Below, piece by piece: positions 46,152 through 55,923 of a stretch of 64,000 nucleotides of DNA (its first letter is position 1; every line of letters starts with the position of its first letter). A program made the translations under genes and the position numbers. The notes under the pieces are model-generated. The model searched no databases, had not been told where the DNA came from, and worked only from the letters and a program-made list of their open reading frames with translations. The stretch covers positions 128,001 through 192,000 of the forward strand of contig JBMNIF010000003.1 of the NCBI GenBank assembly GCA_050950765.1, read 5' to 3'. This stretch comes from Bdellovibrionota bacterium. Its GTDB lineage: Bacteria > Bdellovibrionota_C > UBA2361 > JAAYZI01.

Positions 46152-48329
46152 ATGAAGCAACAATCCTCTAATAAAGAAGCAGGTGCATATCTTCTTTTTG
46201 CAGCTATCTCGCTAATTGTTATCTTGGGCGTTGTTGGACTCGGACTCGATCTCGGCAAACTGTATCGAGATAAACTTTGCATTCAAAAAGCAGCAGATGC
46301 TGCTATCGCTGCCGGATTACGAGATAGGGGAATAAGAACTAATATCTTTACACGTGAAACAGATCAGGTCGGTCAAGACTCTATGCAAACAGCAACGATT
46401 ATCGCTAGAGCCAATTTAATGGGGCTAGATTTCTCTGAAGACAATAATAATAATACTATCGTTACAAATTTTGATGGCGCCACAGAAACTCTCAGCATTA
46501 CAATTACCTACACGGATCCTCTTTTCCTCCTCTCGCATATCCCGTTTTTCGGAGTTGGTAACGGAGTGAGGATAAGTGCGACTGCTCAAGGACGTTTAAA
46601 ACCTGCAAACATTGCACTTGTTTTAGATTATTCCGGATCTATGTGCTGCGATATGAACGGACTTAATTGTGGCACTCTCTCATGTAAAGCTGACTCTACA
46701 GATAGTAAAGCTAGCCATTTAATAAACGCAGTTGATAGCTTTTTAGCCAAATTTAAAAACGGTTATGATCGCATTTCATTTATCCCGTTTGATACAGTCG
46801 CTGAAGTTAGCGCTGGGATGGCGAGAGATTACATTAAAAACTGGACTGATTTAGACAGTGGTGCAAGAAATAGACCTTTTGGGGGTGATACAAATCCCTC
46901 AGATGCTCTACTTCACGCCTTTGTTGATGCACATCAAGTTAATCATTTAGATGAGGTGCACTACGTCTTTTTCACGGATGGAGCGCCAACAGCAGGAAGG
47001 TTTTTAGCTGAAGTTAATAACGGGAACAATCGCTTAACTGATAGATCGGGGAATTATTATCAAGTAGCATTAAATCCGTATCAACTTGAGTATTACGGGG
47101 GTAGTAATCACACCAACCGAAGCGGTCAAAACATAGATAACCTTATTGATTTCTATAACTATAAAGTACAGTGGTCATGGTTTGATAATTTCGGGAATTT
47201 ACGCGCCTTTACCTATGCGCCATCTCCCGTTATCCTTGCAGCTGTGCGTGGTCCTGGAATATTTACTGCCCAAACCAATATCTGGAGAGGTATCTGGAAA
47301 GGTATGTACTACCCCGTACAAGATGATATAGGAGATCTTCTACGATTAAATCAAGGTCAATTCGGTTATAATAAACATAATCAAATTGATTCTACTGCCA
47401 TGGGTAATATATATAATGATTTTAATCCCTATGCTGATAAGTATAACCCACCTACGGCTCCGATAACTCGTAACAGAGCAAACTTTATAGCACCTTGTAG
47501 TTACGGTTATAACCCTAGCGGATGTGGCAATACTTCAGGATTTTGCCGAGCTACACCCTATACTAATGCTGTAGATATTATAACGAATGCCAATGCGCAT
47601 CCTAACGACCCAGCCAATTTAAATCAATTAAGTGATACACGCCATACACCACCCGACACCGATCGTGTCTGGGATAAATTAGAGAACTGCTTTAACGATT
47701 CTTTAGGTAATAGTAATTTTGAACTAGTTGTTCCTTTTTCAGATTATTCGTATGGCAGATCAACCTCCACCAATACTGATGATTGGTCACAACAATACTA
47801 TAACGCCGCCATAGCGTATGGTGATATGATTAGAGATAATGGTGGTATTATCCACGCTATCGGTCTAGGGCCACAACAACCTAATATTACACCGACAGAC
47901 TTTTACCAAGACCCAAACGATGATAAAACACGTAAAGATTACTTCTTAGCAAGACTTGCCCTTGACCCTGAAGTTTGTCAGGAAATTGATGAAGGGGCAG
48001 GAGATACGAAGTGTAAAGGTTCAGCAAATATAGGTGAACCTGCCACAGGTGATTGCTGTTATAATTCTCTAAGAGATTCAAACGCCGGAGGTAATTTAAG
48101 CCCTTGGAGTGAGTTTTTCCAGGAAACATCGGGTGAAAATTGTTGTGGTAATAGTGGTGCCGGACAGATTGGAGCGGCTTGTATAAATTGCCAAGAAATA
48201 AACTATTCCAACCGCTACCGTTTTGGAGAGTATGAACCTGTAAATGATCCTAACCAGCTCACTGACGTTTTCCAACGCATAGCACAGAAGATCTTACTAA
48301 GCCTCGCTGATCAACAAGTTAATCAGTAG
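46152..48329 (+). CDS. TadG-like pilus protein with an interrupted VWA domain
   Basis: AG/AYLLF, GLGLDLG, QKAADAA Tad N-terminus; MIDAS LVLDYSGS, FFTDGAP, IHAIGLG. Confidence 0.85.
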   Translation: MKQQSSNKEAGAYLLFAAISLIVILGVVGLGLDLGKLYRDKLCIQKAADAAIAAGLRDRGIRTNIFTRETDQVGQDSMQTATIIARANLMGLDFSEDNNNNTIVTNFDGATETLSITITYTDPLFLLSHIPFFGVGNGVRISATAQGRLKPANIALVLDYSGSMCCDMNGLNCGTLSCKADSTDSKASHLINAVDSFLAKFKNGYDRISFIPFDTVAEVSAGMARDYIKNWTDLDSGARNRPFGGDTNPSDALLHAFVDAHQVNHLDEVHYVFFTDGAPTAGRFLAEVNNGNNRLTDRSGNYYQVALNPYQLEYYGGSNHTNRSGQNIDNLIDFYNYKVQWSWFDNFGNLRAFTYAPSPVILAAVRGPGIFTAQTNIWRGIWKGMYYPVQDDIGDLLRLNQGQFGYNKHNQIDSTAMGNIYNDFNPYADKYNPPTAPITRNRANFIAPCSYGYNPSGCGNTSGFCRATPYTNAVDIITNANAHPNDPANLNQLSDTRHTPPDTDRVWDKLENCFNDSLGNSNFELVVPFSDYSYGRSTSTNTDDWSQQYYNAAIAYGDMIRDNGGIIHAIGLGPQQPNITPTDFYQDPNDDKTRKDYFLARLALDPEVCQEIDEGAGDTKCKGSANIGEPATGDCCYNSLRDSNAGGNLSPWSEFFQETSGENCCGNSGAGQIGAACINCQEINYSNRYRFGEYEPVNDPNQLTDVFQRIAQKILLSLADQQVNQ

Positions 48330-48487
48330 AGCAATAAAGAACAACAATAACGTATCTTATAACGAGATTAACATTACATCTGTGAAATTTACCTTAGAAC
48401 ACCCCTCCTCTGATAATTGAAAATTATTCTCGTTTGTAGTACGACTCTTAAGGAGATGGTCTACTTTTTACCATCTGGGAGGCGATT

Positions 48488-50059
48488 ATTACAGAAGCAA
48501 CACTCAAAATCTTATTACTTGAAGACAACGAAGATGATTTTCAAGAACTTGAAGAGCTTCTTTCTCGTGTAAAAGGGGTGCCCTTTGAGCTTGACTGGGG
48601 GCAAGATTTTGATGACGGCATCAAAGTTCTAAAAGAGGGAAGGTATGATGTCTGCTTATTGGATAGCTCGTTAGGCACTAGAGGTGGTGTTGAGTTTATT
48701 AGAGAAGCTAAAGCAAACGGCATAAAAACTCCGATCATTTTTTTAGCAGAGGGCAAAGAGGCCGATCGGGATGTAACAGCATTACGTGCTGGTGCTGCAG
48801 ATTATCTAGTGAAGGGGCGTATCCATCCTGTATTTTTACGCCGTGCTATCCGTTACGCTCTTGAAAGATTTAGATCTGAACAGAAAGTAGATCACTACAA
48901 TAAAGTTCCCCTACCACACCGTCACGATCTCCCACCTCTCAGCACAGCACGAGAGCTGCAAGAAGTTCTTAGCAAGGCAGCAGGATTAATTAAGATTGCA
49001 CAGAGCAAAACAAAGCAGGATAAATCGGATAAAGGGCTTCCAAAACTACTGAATGATGCTTTCGATTATTCTCTGCAAGCGCTATCCCTTTCAGAGACTT
49101 TACTAGGCAAATTGAGTAGAAACTTTACGCTACAACCTGCTGTTAATGTACAACAACTGATACTGGACACCATAGACCTTTTAGCACCACATATTGCAAA
49201 AAATATCTCCCTAACAACCTCAATCAACCGCAGTAAACAGTTTTTAATTGAGGGGGATGTCACACTACTTCGGCAAGTTCTGGTTGATATTATCCTTTAT
49301 AGAGCGGAACAGATGCCACAAGGGGGCACTATCAATACAGCAGTTACCCTCTATAAAGCTGAACACGATTCGGAAACAAAAAATGATGCTCCCCACTCCA
49401 TTGAATATGTCTGCATAGAGATGAAAGATCTATCAGCATCTCTCAACACCTACGACATTACTAAGATCTTTGCGCAGAAAAAGCATCTCGGTCTTGTCGG
49501 TCTCTCTTTAACAGCAGTACCGTCTATCATTCAAGCTCATAACGGTTGGTGCACTCTAGCTCCGATTCGAACCACTACGGACGACGACCCTCAGAAGCCG
49601 TTAGGCGCTGTTTTTTCGATCTATATTCCACTTTACACCCCCCTCTCCTTTAAAGCTCCCTTACCCCGTAAGGTAGCGCCTCCGCTACGTGGTGAAATTC
49701 TCGTGATCGATGAAGACGGATCTTTTGCGGAGTTAACAAAACTTTACCTCGATGCTGCCGGAGTAGGAGCAAAAAGTTTTTCAAGCGCAGCAGAAGCGTT
49801 GGCTTGGTATTCAGCTCATACTAAGGAAACAGATCTAATTCTTTTAGATATCTCTATCTCTGACATCAATAGTAGCGAATGTTTTTCAATCTTGAAAAAG
49901 ATAAATCCACAAGCAAAAATTGCGATTTTCTCGGCAGAGCCTGACATTGAAGCTAAAGAATTGCTAAATCAAGGCGCGCTTAAATATTTTCAAAAACCCA
50001 CCCACTACCCGCTCATCCTCGCTTGGATTATGGAAGAGCTAAAGGAATCTAAAAATTAA
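48488..50059 (+). CDS. Receiver - degenerate histidine kinase - receiver hybrid protein
   Basis: The frame stays open upstream of the called GTG and gives KILLLEDNEDD; CLLD, GAADYLVK; HATPase-like LRQVLVD..MPQGG; second receiver ILLD..FQKP. Start uncertain (ATT after GGAGG). Confidence 0.75.
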   Translation: MTEATLKILLLEDNEDDFQELEELLSRVKGVPFELDWGQDFDDGIKVLKEGRYDVCLLDSSLGTRGGVEFIREAKANGIKTPIIFLAEGKEADRDVTALRAGAADYLVKGRIHPVFLRRAIRYALERFRSEQKVDHYNKVPLPHRHDLPPLSTARELQEVLSKAAGLIKIAQSKTKQDKSDKGLPKLLNDAFDYSLQALSLSETLLGKLSRNFTLQPAVNVQQLILDTIDLLAPHIAKNISLTTSINRSKQFLIEGDVTLLRQVLVDIILYRAEQMPQGGTINTAVTLYKAEHDSETKNDAPHSIEYVCIEMKDLSASLNTYDITKIFAQKKHLGLVGLSLTAVPSIIQAHNGWCTLAPIRTTTDDDPQKPLGAVFSIYIPLYTPLSFKAPLPRKVAPPLRGEILVIDEDGSFAELTKLYLDAAGVGAKSFSSAAEALAWYSAHTKETDLILLDISISDINSSECFSILKKINPQAKIAIFSAEPDIEAKELLNQGALKYFQKPTHYPLILAWIMEELKESKN

Positions 50060-50065
50060 CTGACC

Positions 50066-51082
50066 ATGACTAAACTACAAAAACAATCGATAGACTCAGA
50101 AGACCTTTCCAAGATATTGCAAGCGCTACCGGAGGTACCTCTAATTGATGCAAAGATTAGATCTGCTTTTCTCTCTGAAGCTCCTACTTTACAGACAGTC
50201 TCGAATTACCTCTATTCAACAGGGGGAAAACATCTCCGTCCTGCCCTCTGCGTTCTCTCTGCGAAGTGCTTTAATCTGCAAAAAACTGATGAGAGAGTAA
50301 TTAATGCTGCCGCTGCTATTGAGTTGATTCACCACGCTTCACTCCTACACGATGATATTATTGACAACTCACTAACCAGACGTAAGCAACCCTCTCCTTT
50401 TGCTAAGTATGGCCTGCCTGCCACATTGCTAGCAGGAGATTTTTTATACCTGCGAGCTTTCGGATTGTGCATCACTTTAACGGAAGGTATCGTTAAAGAG
50501 TTTGAGAGATCTTGCCTCAATCTAACTGAAGGCGAGATGCTTGAAACACCCCTATATAACGAAAGACACTCTTTAGAATCTGCACTTCAGATCGCTCGTA
50601 AAAAAACAGCCTCATTATTTACTTTAGCAGCCGTTACAGGCACACACCTAGCTGAGGCTAATCAAGAAGTGATAGAAGAGATGCGCCTTTTCGGAGAAAA
50701 TTTAGGTGTCGCTTTTCAGATTTTAGATGACATCCTTGATGTTACCTCAACCACCGAAATAATGGGGAAAAAACCAGGAATAGATCTACATGAAAGAAAG
50801 CCCTCGTGTATAAACGTTTTGTGGCTAAACTCAGCTGCTCCCCTAGCAAAAACACTCCTTACTCCCCCCGCAACAGATGACTGGTCAACATTTATCCCCA
50901 AAGCGTTAAAAGAGTTAAAAGCAAGCCCTATCATTTCTGAGGCTCAAAATTTAGCTGCAGATTTTGTTAAAAAAGGCGAACAACACCTGCAAAACGCCAT
51001 ACAGATAGCACCAACTACTTCAGAAGAAGCCGCTAAAGCCCTACATTATCTTCTTAATTACTCACTAAAACGTAATAATTAA
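50066..51082 (+). CDS. Polyprenyl diphosphate synthase
   Basis: GGKHLRP, ELIHHASLLHDDIID..RR, KTASLF, AFQILDDILD. Confidence 0.92.
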   Translation: MTKLQKQSIDSEDLSKILQALPEVPLIDAKIRSAFLSEAPTLQTVSNYLYSTGGKHLRPALCVLSAKCFNLQKTDERVINAAAAIELIHHASLLHDDIIDNSLTRRKQPSPFAKYGLPATLLAGDFLYLRAFGLCITLTEGIVKEFERSCLNLTEGEMLETPLYNERHSLESALQIARKKTASLFTLAAVTGTHLAEANQEVIEEMRLFGENLGVAFQILDDILDVTSTTEIMGKKPGIDLHERKPSCINVLWLNSAAPLAKTLLTPPATDDWSTFIPKALKELKASPIISEAQNLAADFVKKGEQHLQNAIQIAPTTSEEAAKALHYLLNYSLKRNN

Positions 51083-51361
51083 AAAAATAATTTTCTTAAA
51101 TATTTCAATCGGTTACTCAAAAAAGTGGCTACTTTTTTGCTTTTTATTTAAAAAATCAAACATCTTTATATAACCATCCTGATTTTATTTGCATAACGTA
51201 ACAAAGAGTGTGGTCATTAGTCATGACTTACTTCTTCCATGTCTAAATCTCCCCGCTAACGGAATTCTCCGTTTGGGAGGCTTTGTTTTAGGTTAGGTAT
51301 TTAAGAGATTAGCTCTACGGGTTTTTTAAGGTAATTCAATGATCTTTTTTTGGAGTACACC

Positions 51362-51649
51362 GTGGGCAATAGTAGAAGCTTACCTGAAATGGACATGTCT
51401 TATAACTGTGGCAAAGGCTATAACCCGGTTAGTGAATTGATGCGTGCTATGATCCTTAGAACGGTTGAGGATTATAATTCTAAAGGAGAATTCCATGATG
51501 AAGCGCTTGCTTACATGATGAATCCTGATGAAGAATATATCTTCTCATTCAGAGCTATCTGCAAGCAGATGGATCTGGATCCCGATAAGACGAGATACGC
51601 CATTATGAATGCGAAGCATCGTATTAGCACAAGACGTAGAGCCGCATAA
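51362..51649 (+). CDS. Small hypothetical protein
   Basis: GGAG before the GTG at 51362; protein-like sequence (LMRAMILRTVEDY...FSFRAICKQMDLDP); followed by a terminator. Confidence 0.6.
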   Translation: MGNSRSLPEMDMSYNCGKGYNPVSELMRAMILRTVEDYNSKGEFHDEALAYMMNPDEEYIFSFRAICKQMDLDPDKTRYAIMNAKHRISTRRRAA

Positions 51650-51685
51650 TTATTACAGGAGTTTGCAGCTTTTTGCAGACAGGGC

Positions 51686-51721
51686 AGCCCCGTACGAGTT
51701 TTCGTGCGGGGTTTGTTTTTT
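51686..51721 (+). terminator. Rho-independent terminator
   Basis: GCCCCGTACGA-GTTT-TCGTGCGGGGT plus a T-rich tail. Confidence 0.8.
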
Positions 51722-51771
51722 CTCCTCTTCAATTGCCGTTTAAATCTAAAAGATCTACAATCTCAAACGTT

Positions 51772-52257
51772 ATGAATACTCAACCTACGCCAAAAGTTTG
51801 TAATAAAGAGTGCAAGTTTTGCATCTCTCGCATTATGGAAGATTTAAAAGAGATCGAAAGCGGAGAGGATCAACTCCAGTATATAGTCGACCTTGTAAAA
51901 GATATCCCCTGCCTTAATGAAGAGTTTAAATGCGATGATTTTAAGGTAAAAGGGTGTATGTCTAATCTTTGGCTAGTGCCAGAGATGAAAGATGGTAAGT
52001 GTTATTTTTATTGTGACGGAGATGCCGTTATCCCAAAAGGGATCGCTTTTATCATCTCAGCCCTGCATAGTGGTTACACTCCGGAAGAGGTGCTTAGCTT
52101 AGACCTTAGCTGCATAAAAAAATTAGGGTTGGAGAAATATCTTTCTCCAAATAGAAGAAACTCCGTCTCGAACCTTTCAACAACGATCCAAGAATACGCT
52201 AAAAAGTTTCTCAACGATCGTGGTTGCGAGAAGTGCCCCAAGCTCCATATTATTTAA
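51772..52257 (+). CDS. sufE: SufE-family cysteine desulfurase acceptor
   Basis: VKGCMSNLWL, DGDAVIPKG, LGLEKYLSPNRRN. Confidence 0.85.
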   Translation: MNTQPTPKVCNKECKFCISRIMEDLKEIESGEDQLQYIVDLVKDIPCLNEEFKCDDFKVKGCMSNLWLVPEMKDGKCYFYCDGDAVIPKGIAFIISALHSGYTPEEVLSLDLSCIKKLGLEKYLSPNRRNSVSNLSTTIQEYAKKFLNDRGCEKCPKLHII

Positions 52258-52741
52258 TATAATACGACGCACCTCTTAATCTTTTAGCTTTAATTTGTTA
52301 TGCAGGTACGCGATTGCCGAAATAAGGCCTCTATCTTCTGCAAGCTCTGAAAAATTCTCTTCCAATTTTGAAAGATCAATTTCTTCTACTGAATATCCTT
52401 TAGCATAGGGACCATTACCAATTGTATATCCGATACTTAAAAGATCTTCTCCCTTAAGTGCTCCGTGAACATAGATCATGGCGTTAGAACCAGCTTCACC
52501 AGTATAAAAACTAAACTTTTTCTCTTCTAATTTCTTAAGGTAGGTAACAACCTCCTCAATCTGTGTAACATACTGTGGCGTTTCATTAATCTCCTGACTC
52601 TTCTGACTTTCGGCTATCGTAGAACGTGCCTTTTCCAGAAAGTGCTTATCCTAAATTCCGCAATTTTTATCTTTTCTCCATTCCAGAAATAAGCCACCGT
52701 ATTTTTTATTGATATTTTAGTTAGTTATATATTTTTCTATA

Positions 52742-52769
52742 TTGACATTTCCTGTTTGTATGGTATGAT
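52742..52769 (+). promoter_or_regulatory. Sigma-70-type promoter of the transposase
   Basis: TTGACA-N16-TATGAT with extended TG. Confidence 0.65.
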
Positions 52770-52797
52770 TGCCCTATACATATTAGGGAGGTTTTTT

Positions 52798-54411
52798 ATG
52801 AAAAAAATAACTAAAAAAGTTGACTTACCAGATAGGCAAATTGCTCGTAAGAAAAACAAAAATGGGACTACTTATATCTATTACAGGATGAACTTTCGTC
52901 GTGAAAATGGAGAGCCTACGTTTGATGAAATAGGTATAGGGAAGCTAGATGAAAGCGGTAAGAAATTAATTCCTAATAGAAATTACTATGATTTGTTTCC
53001 AGATGATTCTAATAGATATGTTATTAGCAATAAATCTTTTGGTCTTACTTATGTTTTAAATAAGATTGTAAAAGATTTAAGGTTAGACAAGACATTGCTT
53101 TCAATTTTTGGAAATGACACATACGAGATTTTAACTTTAGCGTTTTATATTCTAGCAAATGGAAATGTAGTATCACATGCTTCAAGTTGGATAGATGATA
53201 GTGTCTTACCATATGAAATTTCTGAATTAACAAGTCAAAAAATAAGTCGTCTTTTTGAACGTATTGACTACGAGAAAAGACTTAATTTTTTTAAGAAATG
53301 GACGAAGCGATATTTAGCTCAAGAATGTTGGTATTATGACGTAACTTCCATATCTTCTTATAGTAAAAAAATAAGCATATTGGAGTTTGGCTATAATAGG
53401 GATATGGATAAATTGCCGCAAATAAATATAGGTATGTGCTACGGCTCTACAACGAAGCTTCCTTTATTCTATCAAGTTTATAATGGCAGCATTACAGATA
53501 AGACATATTTTAGTTTTCTTTTAAGAGACTTTCCATTTATTAGTCTTAATAATCGTATTAACCTTGTTACGGATCAAGGTTTTGTGACGCAAGATAATTT
53601 AGCGGAAGTAGCAAATGAAGAAGGGCAAAAGTTTGGACTACTTTGTCCTTTGCCACTATATTGGAATGACGCTAAAAGAATATTAGAAAATCACACTGCA
53701 CTTATTAAGCAAGATGCTAATTATATAAAAGGAACCTCTACTTTTGGTTGTTCTGTAATAGATACTGTTATGGGACAACCTGTAAAGATTTATGTTTATT
53801 ACAATATGGGAAAGGCGCCATATGAGATAGTTCAATTTTACGAGAAAATTTCTAGAATGGAAGAAGAGTTAGAAGAACTGAAAAAATTAAAATACTCTTT
53901 GCTGGATCGTAAAAAATATAGGAAATATTTTGATATTAAAATAAATGAAGATGGTTTCACTTATGAAAAAAAATCAGAAGCTATAGATGAATACTTGAGA
54001 AATTGTGGCTTCTTAATTTTGATTGGTATTGGTTGTGATTCAAATCCGAGTGAAGCACTTTTTCGTTATCGTCAAAAAGATGTAATTGAAAAACAATTTT
54101 TCCAGCTAAAAAATGAAATTGATTTTAGAAGACTTAAAACACATAATCTTCAAACCACAGAAGGAAAACTTTTTGTTGGATTTTTAGCTCTTATACTTAG
54201 AAGTTATATTCTTAATTTACTTAAAAATGATACAAGGCAAAAAAAGTTTAATATACCTGATGTCATTAAAGAGCTTCAAAAAATTAAAGTTATAGAAACT
54301 AAAAATGGCAGTAAATTAATGGTTCCGTTAACAAAAAAACAAAAGGATATTTTGAAAATTTTCAATATTGAAGAAGATGACTTTCTAAAAAGTATTTTTA
54401 AGAAAAAGTAA
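52798..54411 (+). CDS. DDE transposase, IS1634 family
   Basis: YYDVTSISSYS, FGYNRD.DKLPQINIG, VTDQGF, YRQKDVIEKQFFQLK, GKLFVGFLALI; GGGAGG RBS. Confidence 0.88.
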   Translation: MKKITKKVDLPDRQIARKKNKNGTTYIYYRMNFRRENGEPTFDEIGIGKLDESGKKLIPNRNYYDLFPDDSNRYVISNKSFGLTYVLNKIVKDLRLDKTLLSIFGNDTYEILTLAFYILANGNVVSHASSWIDDSVLPYEISELTSQKISRLFERIDYEKRLNFFKKWTKRYLAQECWYYDVTSISSYSKKISILEFGYNRDMDKLPQINIGMCYGSTTKLPLFYQVYNGSITDKTYFSFLLRDFPFISLNNRINLVTDQGFVTQDNLAEVANEEGQKFGLLCPLPLYWNDAKRILENHTALIKQDANYIKGTSTFGCSVIDTVMGQPVKIYVYYNMGKAPYEIVQFYEKISRMEEELEELKKLKYSLLDRKKYRKYFDIKINEDGFTYEKKSEAIDEYLRNCGFLILIGIGCDSNPSEALFRYRQKDVIEKQFFQLKNEIDFRRLKTHNLQTTEGKLFVGFLALILRSYILNLLKNDTRQKKFNIPDVIKELQKIKVIETKNGSKLMVPLTKKQKDILKIFNIEEDDFLKSIFKKK

Positions 54412-55404
54412 GATTATACCGCTCGAAAGCTACCTTTAAAAACACGTTTGTATGGTATAATTTCGCGGGAATTCAGGTTATCCAAAATATTTATTGCTCC
54501 TTCTGGAATATTTTTAGCAGCTTTTAATTTCGCAGAGATAGCAACTATAAGGGATTTTGAACTTTCCTCATCTAATTGATTTTTATGAGGCTTTGATTGG
54601 TCATTACGAACATCATTTAATCCTCTCATTAAACCACAAACGCTCTTATAAGTATCCAGAAGTGACTCCTTAGAGCACTCTCTCACTAAAATATCCTCTA
54701 TTTCTCTTAAGACATCACCACCACCAATCATTTTTGCAATACCCAAATTGGGCCCTTCCTCTTGAGGTAACCTAGCGATATTTCTTTTATACTCCTTAAT
54801 CACTTCATTATTTTCTAAGATCTGACACCCTTTTGAAAAAATATCTTTAAGGTTAACACTCGCACCATCTTTTGTGACTATTGCAAGATCTGGCAGCCTT
54901 TCAAGACTACGAAAAGAAACTCCGTTATCATCTAACCGATCCAGCAACCCATTTATTTTTGAAATAATATCTTCACTTGATATACCTTTCTCTACGCCAT
55001 TTTTATCAAGATATCTGCACTTGGAGTCAGACGTTAATGCCGCTTCCTTTTCAATAAAATCCTTAAAGATCTTTTTCAGATCACCTACCTCAAACGTTTT
55101 ACTAGAAAAATTATAATCGGCTAAGCCTGTTCCTCCACTTAGACTAGCACCTGCAATGTGAGCACCTGATCCCCCTACTTTTGGCATACTAACTTCCTTA
55201 TTGTTATTAAGTGTAATTTCTTAGAATAACTCCTAGAAGAAGATGCTGATCGTACTTTTTTAGATTCAGAAACTTTTTTTATTATTAAAGATATCTTTGC
55301 AGAAGTTTATCTTCTCAAGAGAGACCTACCCTTAAAGGGATTAGACAAAAATCCCTCCGCCTGCTCCCTTTTATTTACGAGAGCACTTGATAATCATCAT
55401 ATAA

Positions 55405-55431
55405 AAAGCCACCCGTTTTCAGGGTGGCTTT
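55405..55431 (-). terminator. Intrinsic terminator
   Basis: AAAGCCACCC ... GGGTGGCTTT, with a T run on the minus strand. Confidence 0.75.
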
Positions 55432-55481
55432 ACAGAAAAAACCTATTTTTATCTCTTATTTTTTATCTTTGTATATTATCG

Positions 55482-55718
55482 CTATATCATAGCAGCAGTT
55501 TCTCTATAACGGCTGAGAATACTCATCATCTTATCAACACCTACCAATTTACGTTTCTTCAACCTCTGCACTTCCAGTTGTTCTTCAGAGGTAAGGAATG
55601 CCCTCGAGGTAAACTGGTCAAGCATACTCTCTAGCACATTATGTTCTCGATATAAGCGCTCCAACGTTGAATCGTGTAACATAAATTTAAGAATTAACTC
55701 CTTATCTACAGTCTCCAT
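55482..55718 (-). CDS. YdcH/DUF465-family small coiled-coil protein
   Basis: LYREHNVLE...RLKKRKL..VDKM; GGAGG RBS. Confidence 0.75.
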   Translation of the reverse strand: METVDKELILKFMLHDSTLERLYREHNVLESMLDQFTSRAFLTSEEQLEVQRLKKRKLVGVDKMMSILSRYRETAAMI

Positions 55719-55923
55719 ATTATTTCCTCCATAGAATGAAAGTTTCAGAATTGAAAAAACCTAGAAAAACAGAACGGGTACAGCAAGCAAGAACACTTGA
55801 AAAAGAAATCGCAATAAGAATATTAAGATTTGCAATCATAGTCTGATGCAATTCTAAACCACTAGGGCACCAAAGGTCAAAGGAATAATTATTTTTTTGC
55901 AGATTATCTCTACAAAACGGAGG

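Larger units (their letters stand above)
52650..54477 (+). mobile_element. Insertion sequence, IS1634-like, 1828 bp
   Basis: Imperfect terminal IRs CCTAAATTCCGC / CCTGAATTCCCGC (reverse complement of right end); TTAT direct repeat at 52646-52649 and 54478-54481; more AT-rich than its flanks. Confidence 0.88.
52276..55187 (-). pseudogene. Orphan gene (359 aa reconstructed) interrupted by the IS
   Basis: Joining 55187-54478 to 52645-52276 gives a 1080-nt uninterrupted frame: ...AINILD/KHFLEKARST...NAMIYVHGALKG... Confidence 0.85.

Noticed and set aside
44830..48400. Integrative element at tRNA-Glu
   Set aside because: No integrase, and I found no duplicated tRNA 3' end (att site) downstream
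51249..51279. Named ncRNA or riboswitch in the leader of the small gene at 51362
   Set aside because: Only a hairpin (CTCCC..AACGGA-ATTC-TCCGTT.GGGAG) is evident; no family signature recognised
54414..54477. C-terminus NLNSREIIPYKRVFKGSFRAV of the 257-aa ORF
   Set aside because: Read-through into the IS right end, not part of the original gene
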